Origin: Octopus vulgaris
Lineage: Eukaryota
DNA length: 64,000 bases
Assembly: GCA_951406725.2 (NCBI GenBank)
Contig: OX597838.1
Coordinates: 22,072,001-22,136,000 of the forward strand
Reading direction: 5' to 3'
The notes under the pieces are model-generated. The model made no database searches. It was not told where the DNA came from and was given only the letters and a program-made list of their open reading frames with translations. Shown here piece after piece: positions 14,088 through 29,330 of the stretch. Position 1 is the first letter of the stretch. Each line of letters opens with the position of its first letter. Made by a program: the position numbers and the translations under genes.

Positions 14088-14163
<76 letters not shown>

Positions 14164-14281
14164 ATGTATGTACATATATATATAATTTAGGGTATCTAAG
14201 ATATACCACCACGCTGAAAATAGCAGTCAAAACTTGCCTCTAAAATCACACTAAATGTTCATATAGCACCAGGAGATATAA

Positions 14282-14388
<107 letters not shown>

Positions 14389-14871
14389 CATGTATGTATG
14401 TATATATATATGCATATATATATATATATATTTACGTATCTTTGTGTGTATAAATACGCACACACATATACATGAACATTTGTATGTAAGCATGCATGCA
14501 TGCTTTTATGTATGTATGTATACATACATGTTTTGAAACATCGCCATTTTAAGTAAGACTGTATAACAGTCAGCCATTTCTTAGAAATCCATGTAAATCC
14601 ATCTGGCAGTCAGGTATTAGACATAATTTGTCATGAGATTCTCTTATTCTCCTTTTCCTTTCCGTACTCTATACATTTAAATAAATTATATTTTGCATAT
14701 CCGTGAGCAAAATAAGGCAGAAGATTAGGTTAGACTCTGTAGTATTGCAAAACCGTAGTAATTTATTATCTTTGAATAATAATAATAAAGCATTTAACCT
14801 AGTCGCTTATTTCTGTATTCCACTCTTAGATAACATATATGCATGCATACACACACACACACGTACACACT

Positions 14872-15047
14872 GCATTTTTTTCCCTCTGTCCTCCCACCTC
14901 GGGATCTTTCTTTCTCCTATGTTTCCGACGAAGAGCTCCGCTCGAAACGTCATACCCCCCTTCTTCCCTTCTTTCCTGAGCGCCCAATTATACTTTATTT
15001 GTTCCACATCCTCGCGTTGTTGTCTTTTTGTTTTCTTGTTTGGATTA

Positions 15048-15051
<4 letters not shown>
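14872..15051 (+). mobile_element. Penelope-like 3' end with a degenerate hammerhead motif (14921-14955), ending in (TA)n
   Basis: gttt-CCGACGA-a-GAGC tcc GCTC-GAAAC-GTC-atac; collinear with the minus-strand copy at 36541-36735. Confidence 0.6.
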
Positions 15052-15142
<91 letters not shown>

Positions 15143-16194
15143 CACACACACATATATATATATATACATATATATATATATGATGCATCCATGCATTTAT
15201 GCATGCATACACACACACGCATACATAGGTGCATACATTCATATATACATATATGCATAGATACAAACGTACATTCATAATGCATGTATACATAAATACA
15301 AACATTCATACACACACACACATCCATCCATCCACACATACATGCATACACGCATTCACATATTCATGTATAGATATACATACATTCATGCATGCATATA
15401 TGCATACACACACATAAACACGAATACATACATGCATACATTCATACATACATGCATACAAACATACATTCATACATGCATATATACATAGATACAAACA
15501 TTCATACACACATATCCATCCATACATATATACATACATTCATACATACATACATACATACATACATACATACATACATACATACATACATACATACACA
15601 TATACATTCATACATGCATATAGATATATAGATACAAGAATTCATACACACATCCATCCATACACATATACATGCATTCATTCATCCATCCATACATACA
15701 TACATACATACATACATACATACATACATACATACATACATACATACATACATACATGCATACATACATACATACAAACATGCATACACATATAAATTCA
15801 TACATGCATATATATATATAGATACAAGAATTCATACACACACATTCATCCATCCATACATACATACATGCATACATACACCCATACATATACATATACA
15901 TACATATTAGGCTTCTCAAGACTACAGATTCAATCCCTCACTGGAACTATAAGAATCGCTAAGACTTTAAAGAGCTTTATCACTTAAGTATATAACAGCT
16001 TGTCTAGACATGCACTTCTATGCAAGAGAATGCACACGTAAAACGAAACATACCAAGCTACATACATATATATACATACATATGTATATATGTATGTACG
16101 TACATTTATATATCTATATATGTGTGTGTCCGTGTGTGTGTGTGCGCGTGTATGTATTGTGTGCGTGAGGGTTGTTTGTGTGAGTGCGTACCTG

Positions 16195-16342
16195 AGCAGG
16201 CGTGGCACCGTGGTAAGAAGCTTGCTTCCCAACTACATGGCTCCGGGTGTAGTTCCACTCTGTGGTGTCTTGTGCATATTTCTTCGAGCCGACAAAAATC
16301 TTATGAGTGGATTTGTTAGACATAAACTGAAAGAAGCCTGTC

Positions 16343-16345
<3 letters not shown>
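16195..16345 (+). mobile_element. SINE-C 5' half ending in (TA)n
   Basis: gcaggcgtggcaccgtggtaagaagcttgcttcccaac...aactgaaagaagcctgtcgt. Confidence 0.85.
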
Positions 16346-16418
<73 letters not shown>

Positions 16419-16874
16419 GTGTTTTGCCTCGGGGAAATTCACCTTTAAATAGGAGTGAATCTCTTTTGAGTTAAATTTCGTAACGTTGAAGAATTATGTA
16501 CAGTTCATTTTTATTTTCCTTAAACTTTCTTATTTTTCCACATAAAGGTTTTTCGATAAAGATTTTAGCCGCCAGTAGCCATGTAGAGTCCATTTCAATC
16601 TTGTCTCGTAGGCCTTAGCACAGCGTATCCTAAGACAAATTAACTAATCCAATGTCAGCAATGTTCATACAGAGCCGTTTCTTTAAAAAATAAGGTGATA
16701 TTAGTTCACTGTTTCGTGATTTTTCTTCCTGAATCGTTTACTGCGTTATATATAAGGTTGCCCCCCTCCATCCACGAAAGAATGTGTACACTTTTGAACA
16801 TTTGAACTCACTTAAACTCACATTAAACCTGACCAAACCTGGGATGTAGCGATTTCTGCCAGCACGACCATCCC

Positions 16875-16940
<66 letters not shown>

Positions 16941-16943
<3 letters not shown>

Positions 16944-17029
16944 GCTATAGTAAAAGACACTTGCTCAAGGTGCCATGCAGTGGAACTGAACCCAGCACCA
17001 TGTTGTTGGTAAGCAAACTACTTACCACA
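16941..17029 (-). mobile_element. SINE-C 5' fragment
   Basis: gaggctatagtaaaagacacttgctcaaggtgccatgcagtggaactgaacc. Confidence 0.8.
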
Positions 17030-17904
17030 TATATATCCAAGAAGTAATAGGGATCTTTACGAAATAAGTAATTAACTGAAAATCCCTTCGTGCGTAAAAT
17101 GCCTTGCAGAATACTTGAAGGGTTAACGACAATAATTTTTATCCATTACCGAATGAATGTAATAATAATGTTGTATAAACTATTTAATTCTTGATACTAA
17201 ACACGCGGTAAATCCAATATATTAAACAAACAAGCAGCTGCATATTTATTGTAAAATAAAGTATAACTATAAATGAAAATAAACGGGATAGTTTATATAT
17301 GTTTCGTGCGTGATTATTTATTTGTTTATGAATATAGTACGTAATAGAGCGAAATAACCAGACCGTTTCGTCAGATATTATTGCATAAGAAAACAAGCAA
17401 TGAACACCGAGAATTTAATCTCAACATGTGAAGGAAATGATTTACAAAGAAGGCGTTGGCAAACATAATAACTGATGGAAGGGATAAATTTGATATTTAA
17501 CCAATCCACGCACATATTGGCTGAAGTATGTCATAATGGAATAAGTTATTTACAAATAAACTAACAGAAGGGCAGAATTCAGTTAAATATTTAGCCATCC
17601 CACACAGTCTTCAGATAAGGCATTTGTAAACGAAACTGTGTTGGCTGACTAATTATTAAACTGAATCTAGCCTCTCTATTAATGAATTTGTAAATAGAAA
17701 ATATATGCCAAGAAATCGATATCTTTCAATTATGTGAAAACACTTACGCCTAATCGACTTAACATCCGTAATCGTTATGCATTTCCAGAAAATTTCATCG
17801 AAATTCATGAAAATGTTAGATTGATATGATATTGTAAATACAGCACGAACGGCATTGCACGAAAATTTCTGATTTCTAATATGTCTGAGATGATTATGCA
17901 GGAC

Positions 17905-17974
<70 letters not shown>

Positions 17975-18120
17975 ACATACACACAAAAACATTCACACAC
18001 ATCTTTATTTCGTTGTGTGTTTGTGTGTATGGAGAAATGTATATTTCTACATTTAAATATAAACGTACACGCATACAATCACGCACATATAAACATAGAC
18101 AGATATATATATATACCCAC

Positions 18121-18156
<36 letters not shown>

Positions 18157-18326
18157 GCATGTATGTGTATATGTGTGTATATGTGTATGTGCGTGTGTGT
18201 GTATCTGTTTACACAAATATATAAATATATATTTGTATTAACGCACATATCTATCTAATCTTTTTGTCTGTCAATCTACCTCTCTTGCTAGCTAGCTATC
18301 TCTTTCTTTCTATCTCTATCTATCTA

Positions 18327-18375
<49 letters not shown>

Positions 18376-18402
18376 CTATCTCTCCATATCTTTGTCTCTG
18401 TA

Positions 18403-18486
<84 letters not shown>

Positions 18487-18569
18487 TTACACATAAATAT
18501 ATAAATTTTCCACGTATTATTACTTACGGTTTTCTGTTCGCATTACCGCACATGTACATATACATATGC

Positions 18570-18616
<47 letters not shown>

Positions 18617-18802
18617 TTAAAAGACATTTTGTAAGTCAGTTTATTATATCATAAATACACACAACAACACACATGCTTGTGAGCGAACATGAGCAAACAT
18701 ATGTATATACATACATACATGCATGTATGTATACATATATACATATATATTGTGCATATATGTATATGCATACGTATATATGTATATGTGTGTATATATA
18801 TA

Positions 18803-18849
<47 letters not shown>

Positions 18850-19233
18850 CAACTACAAGAAACAAACATGAAGCATACTCATATAATACATACATAAAAA
18901 CAAAAAGACACGAAATTTATAAATAGATTCTCGCGATGTTGACGCATAAAAAGCGTTTCAGTCAACGAAACTCTGCGAAAAATGACAAACATGTCAATAG
19001 GTATCGTCGTCAGAGCAATAAGAAATCACGGCTTGAGTGCAATCGCCTTCTTGCTTGGCTGATTACAATTCGCGCTGACATGTCATAGCTTGTTAGTGCT
19101 ACGGCCACTTTTACATTCATTTCGTTTTCTCGCTGTGCATATTTAAATGCTTGCTGGAGCTTTATCATCATCATCATCATCGTCGTCGTCGTAGTCGTGG
19201 TCGTCGTCATCGTTGTTGTTCTTGTTGTTGTTG

Positions 19234-19285
<52 letters not shown>

Positions 19286-19377
19286 ATTCATATAAAAGTA
19301 ATATAAAATAATTCATCATCGTGTTCTTTTTGTTCTTGTTCTTCTTGTTCTTAGTATTATTATTATTATTATTATTA

Positions 19378-19788
19378 TACTCTTTTACTCTTTAACTTGT
19401 TTCAGTCGTTTGACTGCGGCCATGCTGGAGCACCGCCTTTAATCGAGCAACTCGACCCCGGGACTTATTCTTTGTAAGACCAGTACTTATTCTATCGGTG
19501 TCTTTTTGCCGAACCGCTAAGTTACGGGGACATAAACACACCAGCATCGGTTGTCAAGCAATGCTAGGAGGACAAATACAGACACACAAACACACACACA
19601 AACATATATATATATATACATATATACGACGGCTTCTTTCAGTTTCCGTCTACAAAATCCACTCACAAGGCTTTGGTCGGCCCGAGGCTATAGTAGAAGA
19701 CACTTGCCCAAGGTGCCACGCAGTGGTACTGAACCCGGAACCATGTGGTTGGTAAACAAGCTACTTACCACACAGCAACTCCTGCGTC
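19378..19788 (-). mobile_element. Full-length SINE-C embedded in (TTA)n
   Basis: Complete head (GGTTCAGTACC B-box variant), internal (TA)/(TG) tract and GAGTAAAAGAGTA tail. Confidence 0.95.
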
Positions 19789-19789
<1 letters not shown>

Positions 19790-19834
<45 letters not shown>

Positions 19835-19978
19835 GATATTATTATTATCATTATTATTATTATTATTAATATTATTGTTATCATTAATATTATTATCATT
19901 ATTATCATTATGGTTATTATTATTATTATTATTATTATCAATATTATTATTGTCATTATTATTATTATTATCATTATG

Positions 19979-20011
<33 letters not shown>

Positions 20012-20092
20012 ATTATTATTATCATTATTATTATCATTATTATTATTAATATTATTATTATCATTATTATTATTATCATTATTATCATTACG

Positions 20093-20130
<38 letters not shown>

Positions 20131-20156
20131 CATCATCATCATCATCATCATCATCG

Positions 20157-20232
<76 letters not shown>
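19790..20232. repeat. (TTA)n/(TCA)n microsatellite
   Basis: Direct reading. Confidence 0.95.
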
Positions 20233-20240
<8 letters not shown>

Positions 20241-20568
20241 AAAATTATTACTGCCACTATTGTTGGTTTATGCTTTCCTGAGCATGTTTATAATTATGTA
20301 TATGGTATCACTTACACAGACACAAAACACAACCCCCACACACACACTCACCATCCTCCATCTGCCCTACCTGTCTCTCTGCCGTTCACTCATTTTTGTC
20401 TTCTCTTTATTCCTTTCGCACATATTGTGCTGTATACTTACATACGCCATTTTGTGCATGCTTATGCATTTGTGTGCATATTAACGCATAAATACGCACA
20501 CACGTATTTACATATATGCTTACTCGCATAAATATCTATATACGTACAAGCATGTACAAGTACGCACG

Positions 20569-20606
<38 letters not shown>

Positions 20607-20615
20607 TATACATAG

Positions 20616-20714
<99 letters not shown>

Positions 20715-20900
20715 TGTTTGTCTATATGTGGTGTATATATACATATATGTATGTATGTATGTACGTATGTATAATATGTATATATTCATATAAATATGTA
20801 TATATTTATAAACATACTCACATACATACGGATACTAAAAGAGAATACATACAAAAACAGAACTATATAAAAAAAGAACGCTGAAAATGTCATGTAATGT

Positions 20901-20998
<98 letters not shown>

Positions 20999-21289
20999 GC
21001 ATATATATATATATGTATATATATATATGCACATAAATAGATATAAATATAGATATACAATCCACACACACATACACACACATACACACACACATAGACA
21101 TGCGCGTAGATACATATATATCTGTGCTTGTATAAACTCACAGGCGTATAAACATACATACACACACACATACACATGCACACAAACACACACACAAACG
21201 TATTGTTTTGGAGTTTAAGAATCAAACTGACATAATGCATGGTTTCGTAGCAATGCGGGAAGGAGCATAATCTTTTCGATTACGTATAC

Positions 21290-21865
21290 ACACACGTACA
21301 CACACGCACACATACACACACATACGTACATGCATACATACATACACACATATATACATACATACATACATACATACATACACACATACATACATACATG
21401 CATACATACATACATACACACATACATGAATACATACATACATACATACATACATACGTACACACACACACATACATACATACATACATACATACATACA
21501 CATATACATACACACATATACACATACACACATACATGCATACATACGTACACACATACATACATACATACACACATACATGAATACATACATACATACG
21601 TACACGCATACATACATACATACATACACACATACATACACATATACATACATACGTATACATACATATATATATACATATACATACATATATATACATA
21701 CATACACACATACATATATACATATATATACATACATATATACACACATACATACATACATATATACATACATACATACATATACATACATACATATACT
21801 TACATATATATACATATATACACACATACATACACACATACATACACACACACTTACATACATAC
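21290..21865. repeat. Degenerate (TACA)n/(CA)n/(TA)n microsatellite field
   Basis: Direct reading. Confidence 0.92.
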
Positions 21866-21866
21866 T

Positions 21867-22194
21867 TAAATAAGAGTGAAAATTAACTCTAAAAGACACA
21901 AAATACTAACATCATTATATTTACGGGAAGCTGGTACAGCGAGCTAAGTGCTTCTCCTTGTGAGATAAACTCAGCAAAAGAAATAGTTCGACAAAACCTT
22001 GTCACGTGATTTCGAAAAACAGGACCTAACTGGTTAAAATCCAAAATCTTGAGATAAAGCCTTGTCTAACTATTTCTTCTTGTGATTTTATCTCACAAGG
22101 GGAAGATCACCTAGCTTGCTGTGCCCGCTTACCGTAAATATAATGAGGTTAGTGATATTTGTGGCTTTTAGAGTTAATTTTGTCTTTTATATTA
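21867..22194. mobile_element. Foldback/MITE-like imperfect palindrome
   Basis: Left aaaattaactctaaaagacac...cattatatttacgg...ccttgtgagataaa...agaaatagttcgaca pairs with right tgtctaactatttct...tttatctcacaagg...ccgtaaatataatg...gtggcttttagagttaatttt. Confidence 0.85.
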
Positions 22195-22198
22195 CACA

Positions 22199-22260
<62 letters not shown>

Positions 22261-22570
22261 ATAAGAACAGATGGATTGTGGTTCACAACACCTGTTTCAA
22301 ACGTGTTTTTTATTGATGAACAGAAGTATTGCATCATGCAAAAATATAGCGCTTTCATCTGGTGAATACAGATAAGAATTAACAATTAGGACCTCTACAG
22401 AACGAGTAGATAGTGCCAGATGACTCAGCTGTCCCAAATTCGTTCATAAATTGAAAAGTTTAAGTTGGTATCAAGTTTCTGATGAGGATCTTGCTAAGGG
22501 GATTGAGTCGGAGAAATACTTTCACTATTTTAATACTCTAGTCTCTCGTATCCTGGAAATTGTCTATAAA

Positions 22571-23078
<508 letters not shown>

Positions 23079-23100
23079 TATATATTTGTATATATATATG

Positions 23101-23188
<88 letters not shown>

Positions 23189-24029
23189 AATATATATGAG
23201 TGAGTGCACCAACGAAAGAAGGTCACTCAACCCATTTATTGGTAGTCACACATATAGATAAAAAGAATTTGATTTCATTTCTATGCTACTTAAAGTCTCA
23301 AGGCTCGTCGAGGCTGCGTCGGGGAATGAGATACACATATACACACACATATATATTCACATACATATATGCATACATACTACCCACAAATACATATACA
23401 TGCATATGTACGTACTGATATGCAGACATGCATACATATATACATGTATGCATACATAGATACACACATATACAAAGAAATAATTAGATAGGCTGACATG
23501 TAAAATGGTATGAAGGGTACAGCCTTGGAAGAATGCCATGAAAAGCAAATGGAGCGTTTACACTGCGTGTATCTGACGAGCTAGTATAACGTCTATTTAC
23601 AGACACGTTGAGAGACTGATGATCAAATGCACAGAAACCACGCGAGAAGACAGGCGGAGAAGAGGAGAAGAAGAGAGAAGAGAGAAGGAAGAGAGGAAGA
23701 GGAAATAAAGAAGGGCGGAGAAAGAAAATGCTGAAATGAGATACATGGAAATACAACGGAAAAGGAAGTGAGGAAGATATAGAATATATATAAAAAAAAG
23801 AAAGAGAGCTAAAACGAGAAAAATGAAATACCAGCGATAAAGAGAAAACCACTGTAGATATTTATAGAGAAGTAAAACAGGTAAAGTACGAGGAAGATTT
23901 GGATTTCTATTTCTAGCATTTTCGCCCGGCTGCAGAGAGGTACCTTCGTTGAGTCATACACTTAAAGTGCATATGTGACAGGTATGACATTAGTAGAAGT
24001 ATGAGCAGTGTTGGTGGGGTCCGTAGTGG

Positions 24030-24365
24030 TATTGGTGGTGGTGGTGGTGATGGTGGTGGCTTTTGTTGATGATGGTAGTAGTAATAGTTGTAGTAGTGGC
24101 AGTGGCGGTAGTAGTAGCAGTGGTGGTAATAGTGATGGTGGTGATGGTGATGGTGATGGTGATGGTGGTGGTTGTAATGGTGATGTTGGTGATGGTGAAG
24201 ATGGTGGTGAGGATGGTGGTGGTAGCTTTTGTTCATGATGATAGTTGTAGTAGTAGTGGTGGTGCTGGTGGTGCTGGTGGTGCTGGTGGTGCTGGTGTTG
24301 GAAGCTTTTGTTGACGATGGTAGTAATAGTTGTAGTAGTAGTGGTAGCAGCAGTAGTAGTATTAT

Positions 24366-24405
<40 letters not shown>

Positions 24406-24670
24406 CGTAGTAGTAGAAGTGGCGGTAGTGGTGGTGGTGATAGTAGTAGTAATGGTGATGTTGGTGATGGTGGTGGTGGTGGTGGTGGTGGTTGTAATGG
24501 TGATATTGGTGATGGTGGAGGTAGCTTTTGTTCATGATGATAGTAACAGTAGTAGTAGTTTTAGTAGTAGTAGTAGTAGTAGTAGTAACGGTGGTGATGG
24601 TGTTGCTGCCGCTGCTGGCGGCGGCGGCGGCGGCAGCGGTGTTGGTGGCGGCGGTGGCGGCGGCGATGGT
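24030..24670. repeat. Compound GGT/AGT/GGC trinucleotide field with higher-order duplications
   Basis: Marker gcttttgtt(g/c)a recurs at about 24059, 24225, 24304 and 24524. Confidence 0.85.
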
Positions 24671-25808
24671 GGTAGAAATGAGCAACAGAAACATTATTAA
24701 TACCAAAAAGTTTTATTTATCTCTATTTTAAAATGAGTGTTGTGTTAGAACAGTGAATGCTGCAATAATTTCCACGAGAGAAACTCTTCTCATGTGGACT
24801 TTCGGAGCATAAATGCGTTCTTGTTGTTAATATCCCTGACGGGGAGATAACTCACTCACCCACCACCGCCGCGAAACGACCAAATCGTATCATTTCGACC
24901 TTTCCTGGCCTTGTCAATGCTGGATACTCGAGCTCTGGAGATAGTAGCGATGTATCACCGCAGGCGATATATAGAAACTCAGAGCCTGAACAGGCGCTGA
25001 TGTCGCTCATAATTATTAACATATTTTAATAAGCCCACTGGCTATTCGCGAAGCATTCTCATAGGTGAGTGGAGTAATGAAATAATGAAATTTGTTGGTC
25101 GCTCTGATAGTATTTAAAGATACATGAGCTTCTTTCGATTGGTCGAAAATTTGGAGAAATAGTTGGTCACGTGGTAAGTTGTGATGTAAATGACCTCCGC
25201 TTGAAATGACTATGACCTAGAAGCGTTTTCCTGGAGATTCTCTCTCTCTCTCTCTCTCTCACCCACAAATACACACGTCATACCAGTGTGTGTATATGCC
25301 GGAGGGTCTATGCACGCAAACACATACATTCACACACAGGCACACTCACAAATTTGTAGACAAATACACATACATACACACATGTTATACCTGTGTGTAT
25401 ACGCTCGACATTCTATACACGCAAGCACATACATTAACACACACGTACGCACACACTCACACACGCACGCACGCACACACATACACAGTTAATCACATAT
25501 GAATATATAGAAAAGGAAAGTGATTTCACATTCCGTAATCATTCTACATAATTTTAATTTACTTGCTTAATTTATTGGATAATTTCTTCAAAGGACACAC
25601 ATCGTGATAGTGAGCGAACTAGATAAATAGAATTGATAGCAGGCGTTCCGCACATCAAATTCGATGCGGAAGACATCTATAAATTAGCTGTAGGTAATGA
25701 AGGCGGTATCAATTTGAACTGTTGGGGGTCTAACGACTTGATGACCTTAGGGGAGACGCTTGATATTAAAAGATAGGGAACTTTGCGAATATAAAGATAA
25801 GTTAAACT

Positions 25809-26235
25809 GGATCTTTTCGGTTTGAACGGCAGTTTTTTAAAATAATTTCCACATAACTAAACACTTTTAAACTTCGTATACTGGTAGAATGTGTTTATAA
25901 AACATCTTTTTCTCTTGGCTTTATTGAGAAAATTTTATAGTTTGTAAGATATTTGTTGTTGTTTTTTTCTTCAGTTTCTGCAATTTCAACCAATCAATGA
26001 CGTCTATTGAGGTGAAAACATTCTGTGCCGTATGAATATGTCCCTCGTTTAAGAGACAGATTGGGTTTATTTACATTTCTGAAGAAAAAAGATACCCTTC
26101 CTCACCCCTAACTCTAACTCTAACCGTAACCCTAAAACAGATAGAAATGCAATAGATCGATACTAGGATCATAATTATGGGTGACAATTTCATATGACAC
26201 CGCTAGAAAAAACTGCCGTTCAAACCGAATTATCC
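25809..26235. mobile_element. 427-bp MITE with about 30-bp TIRs and an 8-bp TSD (Merlin-like or hAT)
   Basis: TIRs ggatcttttcggtttgaacggcagtttttt / aaaaaactgccgttcaaaccgaattatcc; flanks gttaaact (25801-25808) and gttagact (26236-26243). Confidence 0.88.
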
Positions 26236-26469
26236 GTTAGACTGTATGTTTTATCTATTTATTTATTTATTCATCTAGTAGAACGGTGACTTGGCAAGGC
26301 GTTACGGTTTGGGACCGAAACACACGATGAACATTGGATACTGTCTCATGACATCAGTTCCTCCTGGCCAAGGAGCCATTAACTTCGGTGAATGGAAAAA
26401 GCACAACCTTATTGCTGTTATTAACATATGTTTATTTATTAATCTATTAATATGTATGTGTGTGTGTGT

Positions 26470-26626
26470 GCGTTTGTGTCTGCCACACCTCCGCCGCTTG
26501 ACATCAGGTCTTGGCGTGTTTACGTCCATGTAACATAGCAGTTCGGCAAAAAGAGAACCTATAGAATAAGTCCTACGGTGCTCCACCATGGCTACAGTCA
26601 CATGACTGAAGCAAGTAAAAGAATAG
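26470..26626 (+). mobile_element. SINE-C 3' half with a deletion
   Basis: gcagttcggcaaaaagagaacctatagaataagt...ggtgctccaccatggctacagtcacatgactgaagcaagtaaaagaata. Confidence 0.82.
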
Positions 26627-26757
26627 GAATCAGCCGAAATTGTGATGATGACCCGGTTCTTGACTGAAGATTGAAGGCTTCGAATGTCCCGTCCGTGTTT
26701 TTTGTATCGTCTTCTAAATGTTTTGCGTTCTTGTCCCAGTTTGTATTTTTTTACACA

Positions 26758-26846
<89 letters not shown>

Positions 26847-27008
26847 TATTTCTATAAATATCTGTGTATATACCCCCCCCCCGCCAAACACACACATACA
26901 TTTAGATTTAGATATGTATGCATGGGCATATGTATATTTATACATATACACACCTATAAATATCTGTTTATATATATATATAAATATCTGTTTATATATA
27001 TATATAGG

Positions 27009-27053
<45 letters not shown>

Positions 27054-27594
27054 TGTGTGTGTGTAGGTATATACATATGCCTGTCACTATGTGTGTATGT
27101 GTGTATATGCATATGCCTGTCACTATGTGTGTATGTGTTTTGTATGTGCACGTATGCGCGTGTGTATGTAATTACGCGTGTGTGTCTTTGTGTGTGTGTG
27201 TGTGTGTGTGTGTATTTATAGCTTGCCATTATGTTCTTATTGCATAAACAACGTAGCTTTGCGTATCCCGAATTGGGATTTGCAAGAACAGAAATAACTC
27301 TCCATGTTTTCATTAGAGCTGAGCATGTTATTATAAACACACATACACATACACGCACTCGTACACACACACATACACTCACGTACACACACGAATCTAC
27401 ACACAAGTACACACACCCCGCCTTCCCCTTTCCCCACCCAAAATTCTCAGGTAGGTTCAGTCAGCAAGACGCAGTTTTGGGTGGCGGTTATACTATGGAA
27501 CGGTAGAGGTATCGTAATGTGTGGCAGCTGATAACAGACATGTCATAAGCCTTTGGCTCGATGTAGGCATTTGTATATTTACTTACGTTTATCC

Positions 27595-27669
<75 letters not shown>

Positions 27670-27675
27670 ATCTAA

Positions 27676-27733
<58 letters not shown>

Positions 27734-27769
27734 ATCTATCTATCTATCTATCTATATATAGTATATATG

Positions 27770-27814
<45 letters not shown>

Positions 27815-27944
27815 CTATGTATATATATATATATGTATATCTATATGTATATATATATGTATATATATGTATATATATATATGTATATGTATATATGTTT
27901 TTTGATTTTAGTTTCAGCTGATGATATATATATGTATATATATA

Positions 27945-27992
<48 letters not shown>

Positions 27993-27995
<3 letters not shown>

Positions 27996-28200
27996 AAAAC
28001 TGAGAATGTGTGTCTGTCTGTCTGTGTGAATCCCTAAAACTTGAGAACTACACGACCGATTTCATTCAAATTTTACACATGTCTTACTTAGGGTCCAGGG
28101 AGTGTCATGAGCAAAACTTCCTGCCTAGGGCAATCCCACAGCAATATCATCTCTTCTCCACTATTTTAGTATAACGTGTTAAAAGTGAAACAAAAACATC
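27993..28200 (+). mobile_element. Possible non-autonomous Helitron 5' portion
   Basis: tataaaactgagaatgtgtgtctgtctgtctg...accgatttcattcaaattttacaca resembles invertebrate Helitron-derived repeats with (GTCT)n near the 5' end; no 3' CTAG/hairpin seen. Confidence 0.4.
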
Positions 28201-28647
28201 TCTCTATTGTAATACTGAAACTATTAAAGTCAAACTATTATATAAGAGGGATGGACCATTAACAATGGACATCCATTTTGCTAGAAGAAGATCCGCTATG
28301 GTCTTCTATGCTATACCACTGGTTTTCAATTCATATTAATCAAATTAATATTCAATTTCTCACCCTTATTATTTTAAATTCAAATTTAAACCCAGGACCT
28401 TGTGTTTTGGAACAGAGTTTGTTACCACACCAGCACCTATGTATGTGTGTGTGTGTCTCTTTGTGTGTGTATAGCTGTATATGTATATATTTATTTCTAT
28501 ACATATAGATGTATATGTATACATGTATATGTGTAGATGTATATATATATAGATGTACATGTAATATGTACACATATATATTCACATATATACAAGCATA
28601 CATATATACACCCATACACACATAAATACACACACACACACATACAT

Positions 28648-28868
28648 AGGTGCAGGTGTGGCTGTGTGGTAGCAAACTTCGTTCCAAAACACACGGTTCT
28701 GGGTTCAGTCTCACTGTGTGGTGACTTGGCATGTGTCTTCTGCTATAGCCTCAGACCAACCAATTCCTTGTCAGTGGATTTTGTAGACAGAAATTGAAAG
28801 AAATCAATCGTATATATGTATGTCTATATGTGTGTCTTTGTGTTTCTCCCTCATCACTGCCTCACAAC
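28648..28868 (+). mobile_element. SINE-C 5' two-thirds, diverged
   Basis: aggtgcaggtgtggctgtgtggtag...gggttcagtctcactg...gtgtcttctgctatagcctc. Confidence 0.85.
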
Positions 28869-28968
28869 TTTATATAATTTATATATATATATATATATAT
28901 AAAATTAAAACTTAGATATGTTTCGACGAATGACTGATCCTGATAGGATTATCTAAATCCTTTTTAAG

Positions 28969-29330
28969 TCAAGTTTTGTTTATGGTCCATTCAAATAGTG
29001 AGTTCTTGTTGAGTGAGTTGTATCCAGGTACGGTTGGCTTATCTGGTATTCCTTGAAGAAACCTGTCCAGACTCCGTTTAAAGTTGATGGGATTCTTTTC
29101 TTTTTTAATCAGTTTTGAGGCAATGTTAAACAGGGCAGGACCTGTTGAGGAAAAGAAATTATGTCGCAGTGTACCTATATGCTGTGATCCTGAATTGGGC
29201 AGGGGACGAATGGCCCGTGGTCCCAGCCTTGGATGAACCTTGAAACTAATGTTCAGGTCATTTGGGCAATGCTGGTGGTATATTCTCCACATCATACAAA
29301 TGATGTACCGCTTGCGGCGGCGCTGGAGAG

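Noticed and set aside
17358-17378. Minus-strand ctgacgaaacggtc resembling fused hammerhead boxes
   Set aside because: Stem II is absent entirely and the match is short enough to be chance.
22476-22520. Hammerhead starting at ttt-CTGATGA-ggatc
   Set aside because: No GAAAC box or closing stem II follows; at best a deleted remnant.
26106-26135. Interstitial telomere or chromosome fusion scar
   Set aside because: Only about five degenerate hexamers, lying inside a TIR-bounded MITE.
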